A stretch of DNA of 64,000 nucleotides from the sequence record NC_023568.1; one strand, written 5' to 3'. The notes under the pieces were generated by a model. The model saw only the letters and a list, made by a program, of their open reading frames with translations, was not told where the DNA came from and did not search any database. A program made the position numbers and the translations under genes. This document shows, piece after piece, positions 1-8,972 of the stretch (its first letter is position 1; each line of letters begins with the position of its first letter).

Positions 1-120
1 GATACAGGTCGTATTGGTATTGTTCGCTTTAAACCGATTCATGAAGATCGTAAGCGCGGAAAATACTTCGAATACAAAGGTAATAAAGTTTTCTTGAAAG
101 ATGTCGGGGTTGTTCTATGA
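1..120 (+). CDS. hypothetical protein, 5'-truncated by window edge
   Basis: open frame from base 1 to TGA 118-120, overlapping next ATG (ATGA). Confidence 0.5.
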   Translation, partial: DTGRIGIVRFKPIHEDRKRGKYFEYKGNKVFLKDVGVVL

Positions 121-296
121 AGTGTGAAATCTGCGGACACCCTGACGGGTACAGTGATGGTGTTGGTATGATTCTGTGCAATGACTGCTACAGTTTAGCA
201 CGCAGACCATTTATTGGCTACACTGAAGAAGAAAAGCCAGTTATCGTGCCTCCGTCACTTATAGACAAAATCAAAAAACTTTTCGAAAAGGGTTGA
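117..296 (+). CDS. small zinc-finger-like protein (59 aa)
   Basis: hand translation MKCEICGHP...LCNDC; two CxxC pairs; ATGA coupling to upstream ORF. Confidence 0.6.
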   Translation: MKCEICGHPDGYSDGVGMILCNDCYSLARRPFIGYTEEEKPVIVPPSLIDKIKKLFEKG

Positions 297-345
297 CAGA
301 TGTCAGCCCTTTTTTGTATTATAGCTACATCGAAACGACAACGAC
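287..345 (+). promoter_or_regulatory. early sigma70-type promoter with -35 inside a terminator-like hairpin, plus TACATCGAAACGA leader
   Basis: AAAAGGGTTGACA-GA-TGTCAGCCCTTTT then TATTAT; near-identical copy at about 19727-19765. Confidence 0.75.
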
Positions 346-358
346 TAAAGAGAACATT

Positions 359-667
359 ATGATTACACTATCTACAAACAAAGAACAACTAGCTATCTTC
401 TGCGTACTTGATTCAGCACTAAGTGCTCCAATCATGAACTTTGTTAAAACAAAGACAGTTCTCGACTCTACTGTGTATGAACTTGAGTTGTTGTACCATC
501 TTGAGTTGTCACGCGAAGATGTTCTTGCATTAGCAAAAGCAGTTCAAGCAAGTGACTTCGATCACGTCGATGAAATCGGTCTTATCTTCAACGAATCAAT
601 GTCAGAAATGCTTTTTGAAATCTACGAAGAAAACGACACAGAATCTGTTCACGGTATCGCACTATAA
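359..667 (+). CDS. hypothetical early protein
   Basis: start moved from track TTG 293 to ATG 359 after the recurring GAGAACATT leader. Confidence 0.75.
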   Translation: MITLSTNKEQLAIFCVLDSALSAPIMNFVKTKTVLDSTVYELELLYHLELSREDVLALAKAVQASDFDHVDEIGLIFNESMSEMLFEIYEENDTESVHGIAL

Positions 668-677
668 GGAGCGCATT

Positions 678-1130
678 ATGATTTACTCATTATCACCTGT
701 ACTTTGGTCTTTTCAAGATGTTGAGCGACAAACCGGTCTTCGAATTTGGGAAGAAATGATCTCTAACGTCGAAGGCACTGGCATTCGTTTGTTTGCTGCG
801 AAGTACAATCAATTTGTTTTTGATGCAGTTCACTCTAGCATACCGCTATGTGATCACTTTAATGTACTCGAACCGCTAGATGCGACAATCAACTTTCATA
901 AAAACAGCTACACGATTGTTATCATTACAGAAGATTCATTTGATGTGCTTTTCTCAGAGCGTGCAAGCGAACGTACAATCGCTGACGTTGAAGAACTTAT
1001 CAACAATTGTGCTGAAAGATGGAATGAAGATCGTCTATGCACGCACGAGCAGCGTTACACAATCGAGTGGTGCAGTGCTAGTCAAGACTACATCATCAAC
1101 ACAGTGTCATTTGACCGTAAGTGGGGTTAA
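678..1130 (+). CDS. hypothetical protein
   Basis: AAGGAG RBS before ATG 678; packed in operon. Confidence 0.7.
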   Translation: MIYSLSPVLWSFQDVERQTGLRIWEEMISNVEGTGIRLFAAKYNQFVFDAVHSSIPLCDHFNVLEPLDATINFHKNSYTIVIITEDSFDVLFSERASERTIADVEELINNCAERWNEDRLCTHEQRYTIEWCSASQDYIINTVSFDRKWG

Positions 1131-1132
1131 TC

Positions 1133-1390
1133 ATGGAATGGCTTATTTTCTCGGGAGTATGTGCTTGTATTGCCATATATCTGACTTGCAAAAAAGACTG
1201 CAAGCATGACTGGATGATCGTCAAAGACGAAACAACGAAATCAAGTGGTGAAGTATACGGCGAAATGACAGGCAACGTCCCAACACCTCGTAACTCATAT
1301 CACATGCAAGAACTCACGTCACGCAAGCGTATTATCATTATGACGTGCGTGAAATGTGGTAAGATAGACAAAACAGTGGAGACTATCTAA
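1133..1390 (+). CDS. small membrane-anchored protein with Cys/His motifs
   Basis: N-terminal hydrophobic stretch, CKHDW and CVKC motifs. Confidence 0.65.
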   Translation: MEWLIFSGVCACIAIYLTCKKDCKHDWMIVKDETTKSSGEVYGEMTGNVPTPRNSYHMQELTSRKRIIIMTCVKCGKIDKTVETI

Positions 1391-1677
1391 TGCAGTACAC
1401 GTTAGAATTACTAAATGAAAAGCTCGAATCTCTGAAGAAAAAACAATTTGGGTGGGTTGTAGCATTGCCTCACAAACAAGGTGGTGAAATTGCAGTTGTT
1501 CAGAAAATCATTTCTGACATTGCAGTACAGATTACATCAATCGAGCACGATATTAAACTTATCGAAGCTTCACGCGGGTTAAACGCAACGACTGTTAAGC
1601 AATTAGTTGATGAGCACTACCGTGTACATCACGGACTTGATGAAAACGACAACTTTATTACACGAGCGGCAGACTAA
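1390..1677 (+). CDS. hypothetical protein
   Basis: TAATG coupling at both ends. Confidence 0.7.
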   Translation: MQYTLELLNEKLESLKKKQFGWVVALPHKQGGEIAVVQKIISDIAVQITSIEHDIKLIEASRGLNATTVKQLVDEHYRVHHGLDENDNFITRAAD

Positions 1678-2501
1678 TGGAAATTGAAATCGAACGTAAA
1701 TGGCTAGTTACTGGCGAACAATATCGCGAATTTGTAAACTGGCTGAGCTATCGTGACAGCGACACCACGGGAATGAACATATATCAACGTTATTTCAAGA
1801 AAAATGAAATCGCTTTTATTGATGGTTCGTTTTACATCAACAGTCGAGTGAAAGCACATCGCGGTTATCTAATCAAAGCACCGAAAGATTGCCCTGACTT
1901 AACTGGCGTGAATCTACGTAAGCTCGGTGCTCGTATGCGTCGAACTGTGCATGAAGATTCATCTGAAAGTCTTGAATTCACTATCAAGTTACCTCACGGT
2001 GACGGAATTTCAAAGCGTGAAATCAACATTCCACTAGAGTATGGTTATACAGATTTGATCGTTGATGCGATTGAGAAAGATGACAAGCTCAATCACAATA
2101 CAACTGAAGTGACACCAACTGGTTTGATTAAAAAAGTTCGTTGGTCTGGTGAAGTTGATGACGTGCATTATGACGCTGATCGATTCACCAATCGCCCGTT
2201 TTACATCATCGAAGCTGAATTCAATAACGAAGAAGATGCAGATGCATTCGTCGCTCCGTTCGAGTTCATTCGTGAAGTGACAGAAGATAAGCGATTTAGC
2301 AATAAGCGAATGGCATGGAATCACGATGTTGCAGATGGGTTGGTTAATAACATTCGCATGTACATCGAGCAGCTTGAGAAAGAAGCGAATGCATTGCGAG
2401 GTGACACGCTTGTTTCAATGCGCGAAAGCGTAACGAACGAAATCATGGCAGAACGTTACGAGAAAATTGCTCGTGACTTAAAACACATTGTAGGTGCGTA
2501 A
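1677..2501 (+). CDS. CYTH / triphosphate tunnel metalloenzyme family protein
   Basis: N-terminal EIERKW (ExExK), later KREINI and IIEAEF motifs. Confidence 0.8.
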   Translation: MEIEIERKWLVTGEQYREFVNWLSYRDSDTTGMNIYQRYFKKNEIAFIDGSFYINSRVKAHRGYLIKAPKDCPDLTGVNLRKLGARMRRTVHEDSSESLEFTIKLPHGDGISKREINIPLEYGYTDLIVDAIEKDDKLNHNTTEVTPTGLIKKVRWSGEVDDVHYDADRFTNRPFYIIEAEFNNEEDADAFVAPFEFIREVTEDKRFSNKRMAWNHDVADGLVNNIRMYIEQLEKEANALRGDTLVSMRESVTNEIMAERYEKIARDLKHIVGA

Positions 2502-2983
2502 TGAAAGTATATGCAATTCACATTAACAATTTAACAACTGGTATGATGTGCGGTTCATCAATCGCACAAGGTAGTTTCAATCTAATTGTAGATCGACTTC
2601 CAGCCGAAGCAGTATATGAACGCCACGGTCGTTTTCTGATCAGTAACACAGACGGTGTTTGGCGTCACTTTACAATCGGCGAGCAAGGTGGGTTTGCGGG
2701 GCGCACATTCAAGCTCCGAATGAAAGGTGGTACTGTATTCAAGAACAAAGGTTATCACTATGAAGAATTCAAAGGTAATCTTTGGGATACCGCTGCGGGT
2801 TTACAAAAGTGCATGGAACTTGCAGGTGGGCCGTTGATGAGCGTTTCACTACGACCAGATCATGAAAACGGCTGTTTCATTGGCGGGTATTACTTTAGTC
2901 AAGAGGAAATCTTACTGAAGTTCAGCCACTTGATTCGTTTCGCATCGCCGACACAAAACAAAGCAATTACATTTGGTGAGTAA
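2501..2983 (+). CDS. hypothetical protein
   Basis: translationally coupled ORF, 160 aa. Confidence 0.7.
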   Translation: MKVYAIHINNLTTGMMCGSSIAQGSFNLIVDRLPAEAVYERHGRFLISNTDGVWRHFTIGEQGGFAGRTFKLRMKGGTVFKNKGYHYEEFKGNLWDTAAGLQKCMELAGGPLMSVSLRPDHENGCFIGGYYFSQEEILLKFSHLIRFASPTQNKAITFGE

Positions 2984-3517
2984 ATGAATAGTCATAGAGC
3001 AGAAATCATCGCGTTGAAAAGGCGAGTATCCAAGCTTGAAGATTTGGTGAAAACTCTCATGCAACGTGACGTTACACCCCGTAACGTTTCAGAACTAGAC
3101 GAAGATGAAGAGTTTATTTCTCTTCATCCCGTCGATGACATGTTCGATATGTTCCGAATCAAACGCGAGTTGTTGCAAAAGATGACACAGCCATCAGAGC
3201 GTTATCTAAAAATCACATTTGATAACTACCCTGACGTAGCGAGACACAAAGTGTATCAGAATCATCTAATGGTAGATGTTGGTATGTCATACGCGGAACG
3301 TAAGAAACTTGCAAAGACTCGTTACATGATTGCAGATGAAATGTCAATTGGTGATGAGTTTGAATGCCCTGGGTGTGGTGAGAAAGTTATCAAGAAATCT
3401 TATCAACATCGTTTCTGTGGCGTGAAGAAGCAAGGTCAGAGCAATTGCAAAGACTTTATCAACAATTGGTTTAACCCGAAGCGTTTAGAACGCACGCTAA
3501 AATGGTTGGAGTCATGA
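2984..3517 (+). CDS. hypothetical protein with Zn-ribbon (CPGC...FC...C)
   Basis: ORF track; Cys cluster near C-terminus. Confidence 0.7.
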   Translation: MNSHRAEIIALKRRVSKLEDLVKTLMQRDVTPRNVSELDEDEEFISLHPVDDMFDMFRIKRELLQKMTQPSERYLKITFDNYPDVARHKVYQNHLMVDVGMSYAERKKLAKTRYMIADEMSIGDEFECPGCGEKVIKKSYQHRFCGVKKQGQSNCKDFINNWFNPKRLERTLKWLES

Positions 3518-3753
3518 TGAAAATCAGATTTATTGAACTAGAAAATGGCTACGGTAAAAAAGTATATCAAATTCAAGAAAAGGTTTGGTATTGGCCATTC
3601 TGGACAACCGTAACTAAACCAAATGGTTACGGCGGTAGTTATGTCGTTGAGAGAGATAATGTCGAAGCACTTGTTGAGTTCTTGCAACTAGAAGAGCGAA
3701 AAGAACGCAGAAAAGCGCGAAAGTTTAGAAAGGTAGTAGGGACTTATGATTAA
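3514..3753 (+). CDS. hypothetical protein
   Basis: GGAG RBS, ATGA overlap with upstream stop. Confidence 0.65.
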   Translation: MMKIRFIELENGYGKKVYQIQEKVWYWPFWTTVTKPNGYGGSYVVERDNVEALVEFLQLEERKERRKARKFRKVVGTYD

Positions 3754-4096
3754 TTTGATAACACAATTATTTTCTAAGAAGCACTGGAAAGTCATAGGTC
3801 GTTCTGAAAACATAGATCTGTGGACAGTAACAGATCGCAAACCACAAGTGAAGTGTCGCTTGCTATTAAAAGAAGACCAATTCGGTAATCGAGATTACGA
3901 GCTAGACATGCTCGACGATACAAAATCAAATTACAACTCTCATACTCGATACTTGATGATTGACCAAATCATCCCGCGTGAGTATGTTCAAAAGTTCTTG
4001 AAAGGTTGGTCTGTAGACAAAATCAATCGCATTTACGGTAAAACTGTCTTTACTATAGAGAAAACACCATACGAGTCTTTCAAAGACTGGCGTTAA
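3746..4096 (+). CDS. hypothetical protein, possible paralogue of 6953-7381
   Basis: shared WKV...KCR pattern. Confidence 0.65.
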   Translation: MINLITQLFSKKHWKVIGRSENIDLWTVTDRKPQVKCRLLLKEDQFGNRDYELDMLDDTKSNYNSHTRYLMIDQIIPREYVQKFLKGWSVDKINRIYGKTVFTIEKTPYESFKDWR

Positions 4097-4097
4097 T

Positions 4098-4123
4098 AAA
4101 AGCCCCTTAATCGGGGCTTTTTT
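4098..4123 (+). terminator. rho-independent terminator (GCCCC-TTAAT family)
   Basis: AGCCCC ttaatc GGGGCT + T run; near-identical at 14413, 25486, 45488. Confidence 0.85.
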
Positions 4124-4216
4124 AGGTCTGAAGAAAATATTTGAAAAAGTTCTTGACGAGTGTTTAGAATTTACCTATTATGTGTATATCGAAACGAAAC
4201 ACAGAAAGAGAAAATT

Positions 4217-4546
4217 ATGACAAAAATTACTATGACAAGCGATATTCACTTCGGTCACGCTTCTGTATCATCAAATGATTTAGTGACTAAGCTGTTCAAA
4301 GAAGTACTGCGTAGTAACAACGTTGGTTATGGCAAGCTTTACCGCGAGAAACGCACGTCAACGCATCGTAGCAACATTTCTGGTAAGAGCGTACGATTTG
4401 TCGGGATACGTCTTTCTGTCCCTGAGAAGACGATACAGAAGGTTCTACGCGAGTTTAACGACATGCTTCCAAATGACTATGTTGTCGAGTACAACAAACC
4501 GTGGTGTCGTTATGCACATGCATCATTTCAAATTTTTAAGAAGTAG
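4217..4546 (+). CDS. hypothetical early protein
   Basis: TTGACG promoter, ATCGAAACGA leader and GAGA RBS place the start at 4217. Confidence 0.7.
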   Translation: MTKITMTSDIHFGHASVSSNDLVTKLFKEVLRSNNVGYGKLYREKRTSTHRSNISGKSVRFVGIRLSVPEKTIQKVLREFNDMLPNDYVVEYNKPWCRYAHASFQIFKK

Positions 4547-4549
4547 ATT

Positions 4550-4897
4550 ATGATTAAAAAAGACGTTAGTCGCCTCACTGTAGGCGACATCACAGAAGAT
4601 ACATTCTGGAATAGCACTGAATGTCTTAAAGAAGGCAAGTACTTACTGACTGGCGTTCAGAAAAACGGCGAAAAGCTACCTGAGTACGAGCACGATGAAC
4701 TAGAACACATTGTCGCAGTCGTCGAACAGTCGATTTTAGATCGAAGCAGTGGCTCTTACATGCGACAGTTCAATCGTCACATTGTACTTGAGTCGTCTGA
4801 AAACGTGTTGCACGTTCGTCTTGGTTACGGTTCAAAAGATAATCGTTCACCTGGTAATTATCTTCACGAGATAAAAATAGAGGTTAAAAATGACTAA
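4550..4897 (+). CDS. hypothetical protein
   Basis: ORF track, operon packing. Confidence 0.7.
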   Translation: MIKKDVSRLTVGDITEDTFWNSTECLKEGKYLLTGVQKNGEKLPEYEHDELEHIVAVVEQSILDRSSGSYMRQFNRHIVLESSENVLHVRLGYGSKDNRSPGNYLHEIKIEVKND

Positions 4898-5357
4898 AGG
4901 TTGGTCTGATTACGAGCTTGAAGGTCGCTCAAAACAAGAACCTAAACGACACAAAATGCAAGACACCGTTGATGAAATGTGTCGTGTTATGCGAGAGACA
5001 CCTGATAAATTCGAAACAACCACATATCGAGTTGATTTTGACAATGGTGTTTGCTTATGGCGCAGTGACTTTCGTGATATTTGGAACGGGAACACAACAG
5101 AGCGCGTATTCACAACTGAGCAATCTCGTCAATTACGTGCTGCATATACAGAAGCAATGGAATTCAAGAAGTCTCGAACGCAAGAAACTATTGCTAAAAA
5201 GTTCAAGCCGAAAAAGAAAGCGACGAAAATTCAACATGTCGAGCAATCTAAAACAGATTCACTTCGTTCTCAAACAGAGCGTGATCGCGGTATTGGTGTA
5301 GTAGTCCTAGGTGAGACTCAGAAAAAAGAAAAGAAATGGTGGGAGTTTTGGAAATGA
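4890..5357 (+). CDS. hypothetical protein
   Basis: GAGG RBS; ends KKWWEFWK. Confidence 0.7.
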   Translation: MTKGWSDYELEGRSKQEPKRHKMQDTVDEMCRVMRETPDKFETTTYRVDFDNGVCLWRSDFRDIWNGNTTERVFTTEQSRQLRAAYTEAMEFKKSRTQETIAKKFKPKKKATKIQHVEQSKTDSLRSQTERDRGIGVVVLGETQKKEKKWWEFWK

Positions 5358-5818
5358 AATCACAAGAAGAATTTGCACGTCAAGCAATGCGCGTAAGAGC
5401 AGCAGTTAGATTGTTTGATCCAGTCATTAGCTTCCAAGAAGCATTAAACGATGATTTGTCTCATCGTGGTCAGCGTGTCATGTCTGCTTTACCAGACAAC
5501 ATTCAGTACATGTGGCAGAAACGCGACGAAATGAACGAAAAGATTTTAGCTGAAATTAGTTGTATCGAAAAGCGCATTGACAAAACTCTATGCGAAATCA
5601 ACGACCCGTTACATGCAATCGGCAAAGACGTAGTGAAGAAATCAGGCAAACCGTTTAAAGGCGGTCAAGATATTGTTCGCGTGACTGGTATTACAAAGCA
5701 CCCGTATACTGAAGGTTATGCGTTCACGTACAATTACTCAGAAGACAACGGTCAGCTTGCACAGTCGTACATTCACACATCGATGGTAATTATCAACTAT
5801 TCTAGCTTGAAATTATGA
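5354..5818 (+). CDS. hypothetical protein
   Basis: ATGA coupling; KKSGKPFK motif. Confidence 0.7.
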   Translation: MKSQEEFARQAMRVRAAVRLFDPVISFQEALNDDLSHRGQRVMSALPDNIQYMWQKRDEMNEKILAEISCIEKRIDKTLCEINDPLHAIGKDVVKKSGKPFKGGQDIVRVTGITKHPYTEGYAFTYNYSEDNGQLAQSYIHTSMVIINYSSLKL

Positions 5819-6285
5819 TCATTTATGAAAACGGGATGCCAGTCAACACCCATGAACCACAACAAGAGAGTAAAACAATGTTAGAAAAAGTAAACGAATT
5901 TGTAAAAGCAAAGCCACTTGTATCAATTTTAATCGCAGTTGCACTAGGTGTAGTCGGTACTAAAGTGATTCAATCAGACCCTTTAGCTGAAAAACCGCTA
6001 CTGAAATATCGTGTTGTGTATGAATACAACAAAGATTACGGTCGCGATTGTGGTGAATTAGGTAACGGCTACTACTGGTACACTCAAGAACTCAACGAAG
6101 GTATTATCTTCGATCATTGGGAGCCGAGTGGTTGGTGTGATGAAACCGAATCTGGTGCACGCGCTTTAGCTGAATCAGCCATCAAAAATCGCATCGAAAC
6201 AGAGAACTCAAAGAAACGAGTTTACCAAGCATGGGCAACTAAGGAAGACTCGGTACGATTCGAGCCTCTAAAGGTGATTGAATGA
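5815..6285 (+). CDS. hypothetical single-TM protein
   Basis: hydrophobic LVSILIAVALGVVG segment. Confidence 0.7.
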   Translation: MIIYENGMPVNTHEPQQESKTMLEKVNEFVKAKPLVSILIAVALGVVGTKVIQSDPLAEKPLLKYRVVYEYNKDYGRDCGELGNGYYWYTQELNEGIIFDHWEPSGWCDETESGARALAESAIKNRIETENSKKRVYQAWATKEDSVRFEPLKVIE

Positions 6286-6611
6286 TCTCATTAACAACTT
6301 TACTTGCACTGTTCGCAGTGCATTTCATTGCTGATTTCTTCGTACAGACAGAACATCAAGCGTTAAACAAAAGCAAAAACATGTGGCCATTAGCAAGACA
6401 CTGTATCACGTATGCAATCTGCTTCTTGCCATTCGGTATCGTGTTTGCAATATTAACTGGTATGTTGCACATGGTCGTTGACTATGCGACTTCGAGAATG
6501 ACAAGCTCACTTTGGGCGAAAGGTGAAACTCGTAAGTTCTTCCAAGTCATTGGCTTTGACCAGTTCTTACATGCAGCTAGTTTGGTAACGATGTACGTTA
6601 TTTTAAATTAA
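6282..6611 (+). CDS. DUF3307-like membrane protein
   Basis: HFIADFFVQ, HMVVD and DQFLH motifs in hydrophobic helices. Confidence 0.7.
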   Translation: MISLTTLLALFAVHFIADFFVQTEHQALNKSKNMWPLARHCITYAICFLPFGIVFAILTGMLHMVVDYATSRMTSSLWAKGETRKFFQVIGFDQFLHAASLVTMYVILN

Positions 6612-6694
6612 TTGAAAAAAGTGGTTGCGCTATGCAGCCACTTTTATTATTATAGTCACAACAGCTAACGAGTTAAACAAAAAGAGAGAACATT

Positions 6695-6943
6695 ATGAAA
6701 ATCAATCTTCGCAAACTTCTAATGTGGTGGGACGAGAACGAGAAAGCAGCAGACGAGTTCACAAACTTCGTTCTTGAGTATGCAATGAAAGCAGGTAGCG
6801 ATAACTTCATTTCAGATTACGCAACATACTTACGTGATTCTGGCAAGTACACTGTCCCAAATCTAGCAGACTTAGAATCTCTTCTTCGCCATGCAGGTTT
6901 GCAAGCTGAATTCGACGGTCGTCACACTCGCATCGTTCTATAA
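6695..6943 (+). CDS. hypothetical early protein
   Basis: promoter hairpin near 6616-6650 and GAGAGAACATT leader. Confidence 0.75.
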   Translation: MKINLRKLLMWWDENEKAADEFTNFVLEYAMKAGSDNFISDYATYLRDSGKYTVPNLADLESLLRHAGLQAEFDGRHTRIVL

Positions 6944-6952
6944 GAGGTCAAC

Positions 6953-7381
6953 ATGTTAAAGAAACTTTTCAAAAAAATATTCCCAGACCGTGAATGGAAA
7001 GTAGCAGCTTACACAGAACAGAAATCATTCGATGTGTCTAGTTCATTTACATTTAAAGGAACGATCAAGTGTCGTGCAGTTATTCTAGTAGACAAGCATG
7101 ATCGCCGACAAGTTAGAGTCGTATTCGATGAGTACGATTATGGTCGAGATATCTCAGAGTACAACGAGAATTTGATTAGCAAGATTTTAAAGAACAGCAG
7201 CCTTGAATTGATTCGAAGCTCTATTAGTACTCGCAAGCTGAATAGCTATGAAGGGTTTGATTTGTGCGAACATCACGAAGCATTCTATGATTGGGAAACA
7301 TTCAAAAACGACTTTATCTATGGTGAAGTTGACTTAGAAGGCAATCTAATCGAGAAGAGCGAAGCGACAGAAACCGATTAG
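6953..7381 (+). CDS. hypothetical protein
   Basis: GAGG RBS; ORF track. Confidence 0.7.
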   Translation: MLKKLFKKIFPDREWKVAAYTEQKSFDVSSSFTFKGTIKCRAVILVDKHDRRQVRVVFDEYDYGRDISEYNENLISKILKNSSLELIRSSISTRKLNSYEGFDLCEHHEAFYDWETFKNDFIYGEVDLEGNLIEKSEATETD

Positions 7382-7456
7382 GCGGAAAAATTCCGTCTCA
7401 TCTTAGTAGTATTAGTGGTTTTAGTGAAGTTAGAGATATTAGGAGTATTAGAGTGA
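7356..7456 (+). repeat. origin-like element copy 1: AGAGCGAAGCG, hairpin with AAAAATT loop, six 9-bp TTAG-N5 iterons
   Basis: TTAG at 7403, 7412, 7421, 7430, 7439, 7448; second copy at 58712-58814 on - strand. Confidence 0.85.
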
Positions 7457-8154
7457 AGAAATCAATTCTCGTGGCAGTTACAGTCGCAGTACTGGCAGGT
7501 TGTGGTGAAAGACCACAACTTGAAACCAAGACTGGTAAAAAATTCACAACTGTAAATGCAGTTGTGAATAAAAAAGAGCGTGAAATGATCAACTACTGGC
7601 TGGCAGATGCTGACGCTAGTAACTATTTGTATAACCCATTGTGGACTGCTCTTGCCACTCGTAACAAATACGGTTCTAATGCAGTGCGACGTTCAGACGA
7701 TGAAATCCCTTTCTGTGATGTGATTGCATCACTTGTCGAAGCCGAAGACGACATTCGCAGTACATACGAACGCACGATGAGTAACCAGTGGCGAACGCAG
7801 TATGGTATTAGTTTGAGTGAGCAATGTAATTACGATGCTCCTGAATCTCTAGAAGAGAAAGCACAGCGCGTTGAAAAACTTGAAATGCAAGCTGAGTTAA
7901 ATCAGCGTGAACAAAACGCATTGTCTGGTAATATCAACAATATGGATGATGTTCAAGACGCGACAATCGAGCTGTTAGACCCGCATGAGTATGACTATCT
8001 CATTGAATCTGCACGCGACTGCAATCGAGCTAAAACAAAGTTACTTGAGCTAACGCAAGCAGGTAAACCATTAACACAAGCTGACGGGTCTGAAGCGCGT
8101 AAGTTGATAATCGAATGCAAAATGCATAAACTTGAAGTTGAATTGAATAAGTGA
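7453..8154 (+). CDS. predicted lipoprotein, paralogue of 13678-14397
   Basis: AGGAG RBS + GTG; lipobox LAGC; shared motifs with paralogue. Confidence 0.8.
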   Translation: MKKSILVAVTVAVLAGCGERPQLETKTGKKFTTVNAVVNKKEREMINYWLADADASNYLYNPLWTALATRNKYGSNAVRRSDDEIPFCDVIASLVEAEDDIRSTYERTMSNQWRTQYGISLSEQCNYDAPESLEEKAQRVEKLEMQAELNQREQNALSGNINNMDDVQDATIELLDPHEYDYLIESARDCNRAKTKLLELTQAGKPLTQADGSEARKLIIECKMHKLEVELNK

Positions 8155-8161
8155 GAAAAAC

Positions 8162-8932
8162 ATGTTAAGAACGAATATCGCAATTGAAGATCTAAAGATC
8201 AAAATGCACCCATTCGACCGAGTGGCAAATTCAGCGAATGATGAAAGTTCAGTTCGTGAATGGCGTCAATGTCCTGAAGTTATGAACGAAAATATCTTGA
8301 AGAACTCAGTACTACCGTCATGGGTTATTCGTGAATTTCACTGGCGTGATTATGCATTCAATCAACCGTCAATTAGCAATCTACCAGTCGAATATAAAAC
8401 TGAAAGTGGTGAAGTTGGTCGATGTCAATCACACTATCTCGGCGAGCTTGATTCGTGTAAGTCATGGCGCCCTGATCTATCTTCGTTAAACGCTCAGTAC
8501 ATTGACGCAACAGACGTAGATAAAGCATTGTGCGAGTTACAAGCCATTGATGTATTTTCACCGTCTGAGGGGTTTGAAGAAGGTCGAACTGAACCTATTA
8601 ACAACACTCATCATGGCATTACCGATCTTGAGCTTGAAGAAGCACTTGTCGAAGCTGAACTAGAATCAGCCATTGAAACAAGTCAGCAAATTTCTGACGT
8701 AGAACATGTTTATTACATGGACGAAAAGTATTATATTATAGGTGATGATCCGTTCGATGATGATTACTGTTATGCATTGTCTAATAGTAAGCATCCGCAG
8801 AGAATTGCAAAATCACAGATTGTAACAGCAGAACAGTACAAAGAAGCTGAAGTGTTGTCACATCAATTCCCTAGAATGTTTAAACCACAAGACTACGCCA
8901 AGCTTGTAAAATACATTCGTGAAAACGGTTAA
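8162..8932 (+). CDS. hypothetical acidic protein
   Basis: ORF track, 256 aa. Confidence 0.7.
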   Translation: MLRTNIAIEDLKIKMHPFDRVANSANDESSVREWRQCPEVMNENILKNSVLPSWVIREFHWRDYAFNQPSISNLPVEYKTESGEVGRCQSHYLGELDSCKSWRPDLSSLNAQYIDATDVDKALCELQAIDVFSPSEGFEEGRTEPINNTHHGITDLELEEALVEAELESAIETSQQISDVEHVYYMDEKYYIIGDDPFDDDYCYALSNSKHPQRIAKSQIVTAEQYKEAEVLSHQFPRMFKPQDYAKLVKYIRENG

Positions 8933-8937
8933 TCATG

Positions 8938-8945
8938 TATAAATA
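8938..8945 (+). promoter_or_regulatory. T4-type late promoter
   Basis: exact TATAAATA 28 nt upstream of ATG 8973. Confidence 0.8.
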
Positions 8946-8972
8946 CGATTTTAACATGAAAGGAATAACATA

